Assembly (NCBI GenBank): GCA_964436545.1
Contig: CAYTCJ010000005.1
Span: 12,713-76,712 of the forward strand
DNA length: 64,000 nucleotides
Direction: 5' to 3'
Source of the DNA: an uncultured Candidatus Saccharibacteria bacterium
Lineage (GTDB): Bacteria; Patescibacteriota; Doudnabacteria; UBA920
Position 1 is the first letter of the stretch. Each line of letters starts with the position of its first letter. The notes beneath the pieces were generated by a model that saw only the letters and a list, made by a program, of their open reading frames with translations, had not been told where the DNA came from and did not search any database. Positions 46,253 to 55,354 of this stretch are shown here, in pieces. The position numbers and the translations under genes were made by a program.

Positions 46253-48010
46253 ATGGATGCTAAACAGCTTAATGAGGCTCTAGTTAAACAAAAACTTTTA
46301 AATTTAGAGCAAATTACAGCCTTGGAACAGGAAAAATTTCAAGCCAAAGGAGTGGTGGCTTGGGAAGATTTTTTAGTTGATAAGAAAATTATTCAGGAAA
46401 AAGATTTGTTGAGCGTGAAGTCTGAATTGTTAAAGGTGCCTGTTGTAGATTTGCAAAGCTTAGAAATTAAACAAGACGTCCTAAATTTAGTTCCCGAACC
46501 CATTGCGCACCGACATAAAGTAATTAGTTTTCAAAAGGATAGCGAAAACTTGTCTTTAGCCATGGTGGATCCGGAGGATTTACAGACACGGGAATTTATA
46601 AAAAAGAAAACCGGTTTAAATATAAAGACTTTTCTAATTGGGCGTGTGAGTTTAGATTTTGGTTTGTCTAAGTACCATACTTCTCTGGAAAAAGAAATCA
46701 ATCATTTATTCAAACCCACTGACAAACCGTTAACTGAAGGAGCTAAAGCTACCGGGGAGAGTGCGGATGATTCGTTAAAGAAGATGGCGGAAGAAATTCC
46801 GGTCATTCGGGTAGTGGATACACTTTTGGAATATGCCATTTTTGAAAAAGCTTCCGATATTCATATTGAACCTCAGGAAAATTCTGTGGTAGTACGTTAT
46901 AGAATCGATGGAGTACTCCACGATGTGATGACTCTGCCAAAAGTGATTCAAGCGGCAATTGTAGCCAGAATTAAAGTTTTATCTAATTTAAAAATTGACG
47001 AGCATAGATTACCGCAAGACGGGAGATTTAAAGTGGAAAAAGAAGGTTTAAAATTTTCTTTACGTATTTCCACTATCCCGATTTTTGATGGAGAAAAAGT
47101 GGTGATTCGTTTATTGCAAGAATCCAGCAAAGTGGCCAGCTTGGACGATTTAGGGTTTCGAACTGTAAATGCCGAAGTGATATTAAGAAGTATCAAAAAA
47201 CCCCACGGAATGTTATTGGTTACCGGCCCTACGGGAAGTGGTAAATCCACTACTTTATATACGGTGTTATCGATTTTAAATACTAAATCCGTAAATATTT
47301 CCACCATTGAAGATCCGGTAGAATACCGGGTGGTGGGAGCCAATCAAATGCAAGTTAACCCGAAAATCGGGCTTACCTTTGCAATGGGTTTAAGAGCACT
47401 GTTAAGACAAGATCCGAATGTAATTATGATTGGAGAAATTCGCGATAAGGAAACCGCGGAAGAAGCAGTGCACGCGGCGATGACTGGGCATGTAGTTTTT
47501 AGTACTTTGCATACCAATAATTCTGCCGGAGCTTTACCGAGACTTTTGGATATTGGAGTAGAACCTTACTTGATTGCTTCCACTGTAAATGCGGTTTTGG
47601 CTCAAAGATTAGTGAGGTCAATTTGTCCTGAATGCAAGACGGAATATAAGTTAGATACCGCTAACATTGAAGCTTTAAGCAAGGAATTTCATATAGAAAA
47701 GTTAATTGCAGTTTTGATTAAAGAAAAAATAATTCCGGCCAAAACTAAAGATATTAAAGAAATTAAGTTTTTCAAAGGCAAGGGGTGCGATAAGTGCGGT
47801 CACACCGGTTATAAAGGTAGGTTGGGTATTCATGAGATTTTAGAAATGACACCCAAAATCGGAGAAATGATAATGTCCCACAAATCTTCGGGCGAAATTC
47901 AAGATGAGGCGGAAAAGAATGGCATGACACTAATGTGGGAGGATGGCTTTATTAAAGCAGTCAAAGGGATTACCACAGTAGATGAAATTTTAAGAGTAAG
48001 CAAAGAATAA
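46253..48010 (+). CDS. pilB: Type IV pilus/T2SS assembly ATPase (PilB/GspE family)
   Basis: MshEN-like N-terminal domain, Walker A LVTGPTGSGKSTTLY, Asp and His boxes, and the tetracysteine CPECK...CDKCGHTGYKGR. Confidence 0.8.
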   Translation: MDAKQLNEALVKQKLLNLEQITALEQEKFQAKGVVAWEDFLVDKKIIQEKDLLSVKSELLKVPVVDLQSLEIKQDVLNLVPEPIAHRHKVISFQKDSENLSLAMVDPEDLQTREFIKKKTGLNIKTFLIGRVSLDFGLSKYHTSLEKEINHLFKPTDKPLTEGAKATGESADDSLKKMAEEIPVIRVVDTLLEYAIFEKASDIHIEPQENSVVVRYRIDGVLHDVMTLPKVIQAAIVARIKVLSNLKIDEHRLPQDGRFKVEKEGLKFSLRISTIPIFDGEKVVIRLLQESSKVASLDDLGFRTVNAEVILRSIKKPHGMLLVTGPTGSGKSTTLYTVLSILNTKSVNISTIEDPVEYRVVGANQMQVNPKIGLTFAMGLRALLRQDPNVIMIGEIRDKETAEEAVHAAMTGHVVFSTLHTNNSAGALPRLLDIGVEPYLIASTVNAVLAQRLVRSICPECKTEYKLDTANIEALSKEFHIEKLIAVLIKEKIIPAKTKDIKEIKFFKGKGCDKCGHTGYKGRLGIHEILEMTPKIGEMIMSHKSSGEIQDEAEKNGMTLMWEDGFIKAVKGITTVDEILRVSKE

Positions 48011-48016
48011 CATTAA

Positions 48017-49246
48017 TTGAATATAGTTGTGTTTGATTTTGTTTACAACGCCATCACCAAGACCGGACAAAGGGTTTCGGGGAATATTCAAGCTCTAAAC
48101 CCCGAATCTGCCGGACATATGCTTAAAGAGCAAGGACTTTTACCTATAGAAATTTCTTTGGCTAAAAGCAATGCTTCGGTTTTTAGTTTTTTTAAAAATA
48201 TTACCACCATTTCTTTAGAAGAAAAAATTGTGTTTGTGGATAATTTGGCCATTATGCTTAAAAGTGGCATTGCGATCACCCGAGCTTTACAAATTCAGGT
48301 TAAACAAACGCAAAATCCAAGATTTAAAACTATCCTGTCGGATATTGCCAGCTTGGTTGAAGCTGGAAAATCTTTGGGTGAAAGTTTAGAAAAACACAAC
48401 AATATTTTCTCCAATATTTTTATTAGCATGGTCAAAGTGGGGGAGTTATCGGGAAATTTAGATAAATCCTTAGAGTATTTAACTATCCAGCTTCACCGGG
48501 AAGCGGATTTAAAATCTAAAGTCCGGGGCGCCATGATTTATCCCGCAGTCATTATTAGTGCTATGGTGATTATTGGAATCCTGATGTCGATTTTTGTTTT
48601 ACCTAAGCTTACCAGTATTTTTAAAGATTTTGGTTCGGCTAAACTACCAGTGATGACCAGAGTGGTTATAACCATTGCAGATTTTATGAGTGCTAACGGA
48701 GTGTTGATGATTGGTTTATTAGTCGCCAGTATTTTTGGCATAATTTTTGCAAATCGGACTTATCAAGGAAAAAAGTTTTTTGATTGGTTATTTATTAAAA
48801 TGTTGGTAATCGGTCCGATTGTTAAAAAAATTAATTTAGCCGTTTTTGCCAGAGTTTTAAGTTCCTTGCTTAAAAGTGGAATTTCGGTGGTTGAGGCCTT
48901 GGAGGTATCGGCTAATTCCATAGACAGTTTACCGTATAGGGAGTTGGTTTTGGAGAGTTCTAACCAGGTCCGATTGGGAAAAAATTTAACTCAAGTGTTA
49001 AGTCAAGATGAGCAATTATTTCCGGTATTAGTGGTGCAAATGCTTCAAGTTGGAGAAGAATCGGGTACGGTGGAGGAAATTTTAGGCCAGTTAGCCGTGC
49101 ATTATGAGGAAGAAGTTGATACAATAATGAAGAACCTCTCTTCAATTATTGAACCTTTGTTATTGTTAGTAATTGGTGGGGTAGTGGGGATTCTAGCCGT
49201 AGCTTTAATTTCCCCCATATATAATATTAGTCAATCGATTAAATAA
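48017..49246 (+). CDS. pilC: Type IV pilus platform protein (PilC/GspF family)
   Basis: Two GspF repeats and three TM segments, N-terminal VYNAITKTGQRVSGNIQALNPESAGHMLKEQGLLPIEI. Confidence 0.75.
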   Translation: MNIVVFDFVYNAITKTGQRVSGNIQALNPESAGHMLKEQGLLPIEISLAKSNASVFSFFKNITTISLEEKIVFVDNLAIMLKSGIAITRALQIQVKQTQNPRFKTILSDIASLVEAGKSLGESLEKHNNIFSNIFISMVKVGELSGNLDKSLEYLTIQLHREADLKSKVRGAMIYPAVIISAMVIIGILMSIFVLPKLTSIFKDFGSAKLPVMTRVVITIADFMSANGVLMIGLLVASIFGIIFANRTYQGKKFFDWLFIKMLVIGPIVKKINLAVFARVLSSLLKSGISVVEALEVSANSIDSLPYRELVLESSNQVRLGKNLTQVLSQDEQLFPVLVVQMLQVGEESGTVEEILGQLAVHYEEEVDTIMKNLSSIIEPLLLLVIGGVVGILAVALISPIYNISQSIK

Positions 49247-50296
49247 ATGAAGTTTTTTAATTCCATACAAAAAGGTTTTGGATTAGACATTGGCGGAAAT
49301 TCCATAAAATTTTTGGAAATTCAGGCAACGCAGAATGCAACTAAAATTATGGGGATGAGCGATGTGGCTTTACCTAAGGGTTTAATAGTGAACGATACCA
49401 TATCTGATCCCAAAACTTTAATTTATTTGTTGCACTCGGCGTTACAAAAGCCAGAGTTTGGCAAGTTCAGTAATTTACCAGTCTGTGTTTCTTTGCCAGA
49501 GTCAAAATCTTTTGTGCGGGTTATACAATTACCTTTAATGCGTGAGAGTGAAATTGAAACCGCAGTACCAGTTGAGGCGGAGAGTTTTATTCCGTTACCG
49601 ATTAATCAAGTGTATTTAGATTGGCAAGTGTTGGCTACTAAGGAAGATAAGCTGGAAATTTTAATTATTGCTTCACCTAGGAGTTTTGTTGATGGGTATT
49701 TGAGCATTTTTGATGAAGCCAAATTAGATGTTTGTGCTATGGAAGTGGAATCACAAAGTTGTCATCGAGCTTTGATTCCGCGCAAGTCCCAGACCACCAG
49801 CCTGATAGTGGATATAGATAGCTTTCGAACCAGTTTAATAATGATAGAAAAGGGCAGTTTACAATTTACTTCCTCAATTCCCATAGCCGGAAGCAGTTTT
49901 ACCGATTCCATTGCTAAAACTTTGGGCGTGTCAGGACAAAAGGCGGAATTAATTAAACGGACAGTCGGTTTGGCCAATACTCCTGAGTATCCTAATTTAA
50001 GATCTTCGCTGGATAATTTAATTAAGAGTTTGTCTGCGGAAATTAAAAATATATTAAAATTTCATGCCGAACACTCCAATAATAAGATTGAAAGTTTAAT
50101 TTTAGCCGGTGGGGGAGCCAAAGCTAAAAATCTTGCCGAAATTTTAAAAAATGAATTTTTGAACGAACAAATTAATGTAGAATTAGGCGACCCGTTTATT
50201 AATTTATCCAATTTGGTTTCTCCGCCTTTAGCTAAATTTGAAGCTTTAAATTTTACAACAGCCGTCGGTTTGGCTTTAAGAAACTTACATTTATAA
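49247..50296 (+). CDS. pilM: PilM (actin-like ATPase-fold pilus assembly protein)
   Basis: GLDIGGNSIKFLEI at the N-terminus, about 350 aa, in position after pilC. Confidence 0.7.
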   Translation: MKFFNSIQKGFGLDIGGNSIKFLEIQATQNATKIMGMSDVALPKGLIVNDTISDPKTLIYLLHSALQKPEFGKFSNLPVCVSLPESKSFVRVIQLPLMRESEIETAVPVEAESFIPLPINQVYLDWQVLATKEDKLEILIIASPRSFVDGYLSIFDEAKLDVCAMEVESQSCHRALIPRKSQTTSLIVDIDSFRTSLIMIEKGSLQFTSSIPIAGSSFTDSIAKTLGVSGQKAELIKRTVGLANTPEYPNLRSSLDNLIKSLSAEIKNILKFHAEHSNNKIESLILAGGGAKAKNLAEILKNEFLNEQINVELGDPFINLSNLVSPPLAKFEALNFTTAVGLALRNLHL

Positions 50297-50328
50297 TCAA
50301 CTAATGAACCCAGTAATACAACCCCCAT

Positions 50329-50609
50329 ATGTTCTTTTGGATTTATGTTTTAGAAAGTATAAAGAATGGAGAAAGATATATTGGTTATACAAATAATCTG
50401 AAAAGAAGATTAGAAGAACATAACAAGGGATGGCTCTAAGCACAAAATTTATGATACCATTTAAATTAATATATTTTGAAGGATGTACTAATTCCGAAGA
50501 TGCCCAGCGTCGGGAAAGATATTTAAAAACCCATCAAGGTCGCAAATTTTTGGGATTAAGATTAATCAAATATAAATATTCCAGACAACCGTTTGGAATG
50601 GGAGGTTGA
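50329..50609 (+). pseudogene. GIY-YIG nuclease (UPF0213-like small endonuclease) gene disrupted by a 1-nt frameshift, inserted between pilM and the pilN-like gene
   Basis: Frame 1: MFFWIYVLESIKNGERYIGYTNNLKRRLEEHNKGWL*, a textbook GIY...YIG motif. The continuation is in the -1 frame: ...LSTKFMIPFKLIYFEGCTNSEDAQRRERYLKTHQGRKFL, matching the C-terminal half of the domain. A one-base insertion near 50433 would restore a ~93-aa ORF. Confidence 0.6.
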
Positions 50610-51172
50610 TATACTGGGTGAAAATTATTAATTTATTACCAAAAAGCCGTCAAGTTGAATTTTTTTATAGCAAGCTTTTTGTATTGGTATTAAAATTGTT
50701 TTGGATTACCGGATTCGCTTTTGCTTTAGTGTTAATTGGGCAGTTTGGCGTTAAAATCGCTTTACAGTCTAAAATTAAGCACGTGGAAGCTAACATTAGT
50801 GAATTACAAGCCTTTTCCAATTTGGCAGATAATGCCAAGGTTAAAAATCTACTTACTGAAAAAAACGCCTTAATTTTGGATTATAAAACTTTAAGCCAAA
50901 ATATACCCAAGAATTCTAAAGTAATTAGAGCTTTTGCTCCTTTAGTTCCGGAAGGTGTGAAAATTAAACAAATGAAGATTAATGCAACGAGTAAACAAAT
51001 AGAAATTTACGGTTTTGCTTTAACCAGAGAATTAGTAATTAAACTTTACGACAATGTGGTTGAACAAAGTAAATTGTTCCCCAATATAGACTACCCCTTA
51101 GAAAACGTGGCTAAACCGGCTGAAATTAATTTTCATTTTACTTTTAACATTAGTCCGGAATTATTGCAATGA
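50606..51172 (+). CDS. PilN-like bitopic membrane protein
   Basis: TTG start. Single N-terminal TM helix (LFVLVLKLFWITGFAFALVLIGQF) followed by about 140 aa extracytoplasmic, in position after pilM. Confidence 0.45.
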   Translation: MIYWVKIINLLPKSRQVEFFYSKLFVLVLKLFWITGFAFALVLIGQFGVKIALQSKIKHVEANISELQAFSNLADNAKVKNLLTEKNALILDYKTLSQNIPKNSKVIRAFAPLVPEGVKIKQMKINATSKQIEIYGFALTRELVIKLYDNVVEQSKLFPNIDYPLENVAKPAEINFHFTFNISPELLQ

Positions 51173-51723
51173 ATAAGCATTTCACCAAAAAACAAAAATT
51201 CTTTGTCGGTATGAGCGTTTGGCTCGCGTTTACTTTTTTGGTATTTGTTTATTTTTTACCCATTGAGCATAAAAGCAATTTGGAAGTCATTGAAACCATT
51301 AAGACTTTAAGCACGAAAGAACAAGGTTTATTAGCCGAAAAAAATTCCTACTTACAGGCCAAGCAGGCGTTGGATGATTTGGCCAAATTAGAAATTCAAC
51401 CAGAGAATTTTTTTAGTAAAAATATTACCTTAGTAAAAGAAATAAAAAAGTTAGAGAGTATGGCGAGAGATTTAACTGTGGAATTTACTTTGTCCGGGAT
51501 TTCCGGAAATTTACAATCTGCCACCAAGGCCCCAACTGTTTCCAATATTTTTTTGGTGCCTTATTCCATTCATTTAGAAGGAAGTCTGGATAAATTAGTT
51601 ACCTATATTGAATATTTGGAAAACTTGGAATACATAAATACAGTAAGCAGTTTGGACATTAGTGCCACCAATGATAATTCGGTAAGTGTAAATTTATCCG
51701 CTAATTTTTACGTAATCAAATGA
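51169..51723 (+). CDS. PilO-like bitopic membrane protein
   Basis: N-terminal TM helix, a coiled-coil segment, about 184 aa, overlaps the previous gene by 4 nt. Confidence 0.4.
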   Translation: MNKHFTKKQKFFVGMSVWLAFTFLVFVYFLPIEHKSNLEVIETIKTLSTKEQGLLAEKNSYLQAKQALDDLAKLEIQPENFFSKNITLVKEIKKLESMARDLTVEFTLSGISGNLQSATKAPTVSNIFLVPYSIHLEGSLDKLVTYIEYLENLEYINTVSSLDISATNDNSVSVNLSANFYVIK

Positions 51724-52010
51724 CGTTAAAAGGATTAAAAATTCAAATAATAAATCAAGTTTCCGTTATTAAAAATAATGTTTATATTTTGTTGTATTTA
51801 GTCTTGGGCGGAATATTATGTTTTATGGTTTTGGCTTTTTATACTTCTATAAAAGTTTTATGGTTACCTATGCAAACAACTCCGGAGGTTTCCGGTGCGA
51901 ATAAGGCCATTAGCTTACGGCTTGAGGATTACGAGTTCTCGGTTAAACGAATAAAGGCGGGAATTAATTTTTTACCTCCTGCACCTTTGTTTCAAAATCC
52001 TTTTAAATAA
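51720..52010 (+). CDS. Small membrane protein, possibly a pilus-associated accessory protein
   Basis: 96 aa, one TM helix, translationally coupled to the PilO-like gene. Confidence 0.3.
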   Translation: MTLKGLKIQIINQVSVIKNNVYILLYLVLGGILCFMVLAFYTSIKVLWLPMQTTPEVSGANKAISLRLEDYEFSVKRIKAGINFLPPAPLFQNPFK

Positions 52011-52099
52011 CATCTATTGAATTGCGATTTAGGCCCAAACCAAGCTTTTATTGTCCTTAGACTCGGGAAGTCATATAAAACAGAATAAGCAGTTATTCC

Positions 52100-52129
52100 T
52101 TGCATTAATTACCTGTTTTTTAGTATAAT
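52100..52129 (+). promoter_or_regulatory. Putative promoter for the tRNA pair
   Basis: TTGCAT, 18-nt spacer, TATAAT, about 54 nt upstream of tRNA-Arg. Confidence 0.3.
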
Positions 52130-52182
52130 ATGCAAAGTGTTTTAATATTGATCCTTTGCTCCTAGGTTTATAGTATTTGTAT

Positions 52183-52259
52183 GCACTCGTAGCTCATTTG
52201 GATAGAGCGCTTGGCTTCGAACCAAGAGGTAGTAGGTTCAAATCCTACCGAGTGCACCA
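52183..52259 (+). tRNA. tRNA-Arg (anticodon TCG)
   Basis: Cloverleaf with acceptor gcactcg/cgagtgc, D-arm agctcatttggatagagc, anticodon loop cuUCGaa, T-arm ggttcaaatcc, and 3' CCA. Confidence 0.85.
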
Positions 52260-52396
52260 TTTTTTGGGTCAATAGCTCCCTCCTTCCACCGTCGCCAAGG
52301 CTATAGTGGACAAATTGCCGAGGCTACAGAGGGCGAGACGTTAAAATATCATTTTTAATTTGAGTAGTCTTGTCTCGCGAAGTATTTACGAAGTAG

Positions 52397-52472
52397 GGGT
52401 CGGTAGCTCAGTTGGTAGAGCAGCGGACTCTTAATCCGCTTGTCGTGGGTTCGATCCCCACCCGACCCACCA
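52397..52472 (+). tRNA. tRNA-Lys (anticodon CTT)
   Basis: Acceptor gggtcgg/ccgaccc, D-arm tagctcagttggtagagc, anticodon loop cuCUUaa, T-arm gtgggttcgatccccac, CCA. Confidence 0.85.
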
Positions 52473-52647
52473 CTTCTTCGCTCCTTTGGAGCTATGAAGT
52501 GCAAGCACTTATTGATTGTTGACAAAAAATTTATATTTGATAAGCTATAGGTAATATGTTGAATTTACAAGCACAATCTACTAAGAAGACACTCATTGAC
52601 CCGTTTTCGAGTCAGTAGTGTTTAAGTTGTAACTAAACTAAACTTTA

Positions 52648-52676
52648 CTGCCCCAAAACGGGGCAGTTTTTTTATT
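52648..52676 (+). terminator. Rho-independent terminator
   Basis: ctgcccc-aaaac-ggggcag followed by ttttttt. Confidence 0.55.
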
Positions 52677-52831
52677 TTTTTATGGGACAAATTACCATTC
52701 AAATTACCAAAAACAAACAAAAGGCATCTGTAAAGATGCGTTTTGGTTTTGGTAATAGATGGTTTTGGATTTTAGATAAATCTTTCTCCACCTGCTGCCA
52801 AAACAGCAAGGACAATTTAAAGGAGAAATCA

Positions 52832-53818
52832 ATGAATATTGCTATCGTAGGTGCGACTGGCGCCGTTGGGCAGGAGATGCTCAAGGTGTTAGAAGTCAGG
52901 CGTTTTCCTGTGTGGCGCTTGTCGCTTCTGGCATCCGCGCGTTCCGTGGGCAAGAAGTTAAATTTCTGTGGGCAGGACATCGCCATCACCGAGCTGACTC
53001 AGGATTCGTTCAAGGGCATTGACATAGCGCTCTTTAGCGCTGGTGGGAGGGTTTCCAAGGAGTTTGCTTCGCACGCGGTGCGGGCAGGCTCTATAGTGAT
53101 TGACAACTCCAGCGCGTTTCGGCAGGACCCCGAGGTGCCACTCGTGGTGCCGGAAATCAACGCCAAGGACATGAAGTGGCACAAAGGAATCATCGCCAAC
53201 CCGAACTGCACCACGGCCATCACACTCATGGCACTTTGGCCACTGCACCAGTCGTTCGGCGTGAAGCGCATCTTTGCCTCCAGCTACCAAGCCGTCTCCG
53301 GTACGGGCGCCAAGGCAATTGAGGAACTGAAGCGTCAGGTCGGCCAGATCGCCAATGGCCAGCCGGTGACGAAGGAAGTTTATCCGCACCAGATCGCCTT
53401 CAACGTCCTGCCCCACGTGGACTCGTTTCTCGACACCGGCTATACGAGGGAGGAGATAAAGATGCAGAACGAAGGGCGAAAGATTATGCACCACGCGACG
53501 TTCCGCGCGAGCGTGACATGCGTGCGCGTGCCCGTATATCGGGCGCATTCGGTCGCAGTGAGCGCGGAGTTTGAAAGGCCGGTGACGGTGGAGGAGGCGC
53601 GCGCGGTGTTGGCAAGAGCGTCGGGGTTGGATGTTCTCGATGACCCGGCGAACAACATTTATCCAATGCCACTGGATGTGGCAGGTCGGGACAACTGCGC
53701 CGTGGGTCGGCTCCGTCTTGATTGCGCACTGGACAACGGTCTCACCTTCTGGGTCTGTGGAGACCAGCTCCTCAAAGGCGCGGCGCTCAATGCCGTGCAG
53801 ATTGCCGAATTGCTGTAG
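52832..53818 (+). CDS. asd: Aspartate-semialdehyde dehydrogenase
   Basis: MNIAIVGATGAVGQEM and the active-site IIANPNCTTAI, with RBS aaaggag 7 nt upstream. The start was set at the ATG at 52832, since the 5' extension in the track is low-GC non-coding leader. The CDS is about 65% GC against about 35% in the flanks. Confidence 0.85.
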   Translation: MNIAIVGATGAVGQEMLKVLEVRRFPVWRLSLLASARSVGKKLNFCGQDIAITELTQDSFKGIDIALFSAGGRVSKEFASHAVRAGSIVIDNSSAFRQDPEVPLVVPEINAKDMKWHKGIIANPNCTTAITLMALWPLHQSFGVKRIFASSYQAVSGTGAKAIEELKRQVGQIANGQPVTKEVYPHQIAFNVLPHVDSFLDTGYTREEIKMQNEGRKIMHHATFRASVTCVRVPVYRAHSVAVSAEFERPVTVEEARAVLARASGLDVLDDPANNIYPMPLDVAGRDNCAVGRLRLDCALDNGLTFWVCGDQLLKGAALNAVQIAELL

Positions 53819-53828
53819 AGCAATCAAC

Positions 53829-53861
53829 CCGTAAGCTTGAGTTCCACCCTCAAGCTTACGG
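53829..53861 (+). terminator. 13-bp perfect hairpin followed by a U-rich stretch
   Basis: ccgtaagcttgag-ttccacc-ctcaagcttacgg, then caaatctttt. Confidence 0.4.
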
Positions 53862-53967
53862 CAAATCTTTTGAGTTATGGGAGAGATGTTTATTTCTCCC
53901 ATGCCCCAAAGGCAGTAGATTTCAAAAAGAAAAGGAGGTCCTCATCTACAAGGGTGGGGGCAAAAAT

Positions 53968-55296
53968 ATGATAGTTATGAAATTCGGCGGTAGCTCGGTC
54001 GCCAACGCGGAAAAGATCCGTCAGGTCTTCGAGATCGTCAAGGGCCGGCTTCCGCGGAAACCGCTGGTGATTGCCAGCGCGTTCCGCGGCGTGACGGACG
54101 ACCTCTTCAAGCTGGGCGAGGAGGCGGTCCGGGGTGTCGCCCCCTCCATCGACCCCATCCGCAAACGCCACCGGGACTGCCTGAAGGAGATGGGGCTTGA
54201 CCTCGACCTGCTCAAGAGGGAGCTGGACGAGCTTGATGTCCTGCTCAAGGGCATCTCTCTGGTCAAGGAGCTCAGTCCCCGGTCGCTGGACTACGTCGTC
54301 TCGTTCGGCGAACGGTTCTCGACCCGCATCATCGCGGCCTACTTCACGAAGCTCGGTATCGCGGCCGAGCAGCACGACGCGTTCGACCTGGGCCTTCTCA
54401 CGTCGGACGACTTCGGCGGCGCGCAGCCCCTGCCCGAGGCCGACTCCGAGATCAAGAAGAACGTCCTGAAGCTGACGAAGCTCCCTATCGTGACTGGCTA
54501 CATCGGCAAGACGAAGAGCGGGAGCATCACGACGCTGGGCCGGAACGGCTCGGACTACTCCGCCACGACCTTCGGCGCCGCGATCGACGCCGAGGAGATC
54601 GAGATCTGGAGCGACGTGGATGGCATCATGACCGCCGATCCGCGCCTCGCCCCCAGCGCGAAACCGCTCGAGGCACTCACGTTCGACGAGGCCAGCGAGC
54701 TCGCGTACTACGGCGGGAAGGTGCTCCATCCGGCCACCATCGGGCCGGCGATCCGTAAGGGTATCACGGTGCGGTGCCTCAACACGTTCAAGCCCGACCA
54801 CCCCGGCACGGTGATCGTCTCCAGGATCAAGCAGGGCGGGCCAGCGATCAAATCGATCGCCCACAACCTGAATAACCTGATCATCACGATCTCGTCGGCG
54901 CGGATGCTCCAGGGTCACGGCTTCCTGGCCCGCATCTTCGAGGTCTTCGGTCGCCACAGGATCTCGATCGACATGATCGCCACCAGCGAGGTGTCGGTCT
55001 CGGTGACGCTCGACTCCAACCGTAACCTCGAGCTGGCCGTCGAGGAGCTTAAGAGGTTCGCTGACGTATCGATCGAGAAGGATAAGTGCATCATCTGCCT
55101 GGTCGGCGAGGGGATCCGCACCACGCCGGGGATCGCGGGCGATGTGTTCCAGGCGCTGAAGGACGCGCAGGTAAATATCTTGATGATATCCCATGGCGCC
55201 TCTAAGATTAACATCGCCTTCGTGGTGGATGACGCCGACTGCGGCCGGGCCGTTCAGGCGCTCCACCGCAAGTTTTTCGAGCGGGCTGGGGGGTAG
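53968..55296 (+). CDS. lysC: Aspartate kinase
   Basis: MIVMKFGGSSVANAEKI, the amino-acid kinase fold and C-terminal ACT domains. The start was set at the ATG at 53968 (in frame with the track ORF), removing 82 non-homologous residues. High GC. Confidence 0.85.
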   Translation: MIVMKFGGSSVANAEKIRQVFEIVKGRLPRKPLVIASAFRGVTDDLFKLGEEAVRGVAPSIDPIRKRHRDCLKEMGLDLDLLKRELDELDVLLKGISLVKELSPRSLDYVVSFGERFSTRIIAAYFTKLGIAAEQHDAFDLGLLTSDDFGGAQPLPEADSEIKKNVLKLTKLPIVTGYIGKTKSGSITTLGRNGSDYSATTFGAAIDAEEIEIWSDVDGIMTADPRLAPSAKPLEALTFDEASELAYYGGKVLHPATIGPAIRKGITVRCLNTFKPDHPGTVIVSRIKQGGPAIKSIAHNLNNLIITISSARMLQGHGFLARIFEVFGRHRISIDMIATSEVSVSVTLDSNRNLELAVEELKRFADVSIEKDKCIICLVGEGIRTTPGIAGDVFQALKDAQVNILMISHGASKINIAFVVDDADCGRAVQALHRKFFERAGG

Positions 55297-55354
55297 CCCC
55301 CGGCTCGCTCCACACACCAAAGGAGGTGATTATATAGAGTTAGGTTAAGCGAAG

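Noticed and set aside
52682-52831. N-terminal 50-aa extension of the asd ORF in the track (MGQITIQITKNK...)
   Set aside because: The extension is low-GC leader sequence of quite different composition from the gene body. A good RBS (aaaggag) precedes the internal ATG at 52832, which gives the canonical Asd N-terminus MNIAIVGATGAVG.
53722-53967. N-terminal 82-aa extension of the lysC ORF in the track, and the possibility of an L-box lysine riboswitch in the asd-lysC spacer
   Set aside because: The extension (MRTGQRSHLLGLWRPAPQRRG...) has no homology logic, and the true start MIVMKFGGSS is in frame at 53968. The 150-nt spacer is too short for a lysine riboswitch (about 180 nt with five helices), and its hairpins fit a simple terminator better.
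52958-55320. Long antisense ORFs in the track (52958-53902 minus, 53890-55320 minus, 54021-54266 minus, 54197-54469 plus, 53484-53729 minus, 54915-55214 minus, and others)
   Set aside because: They lie antisense to or overlap the well-supported asd and lysC genes. The high GC content suppresses stop codons, their products are Arg/Pro/Gly-rich low-complexity strings, and none has a recognisable motif.
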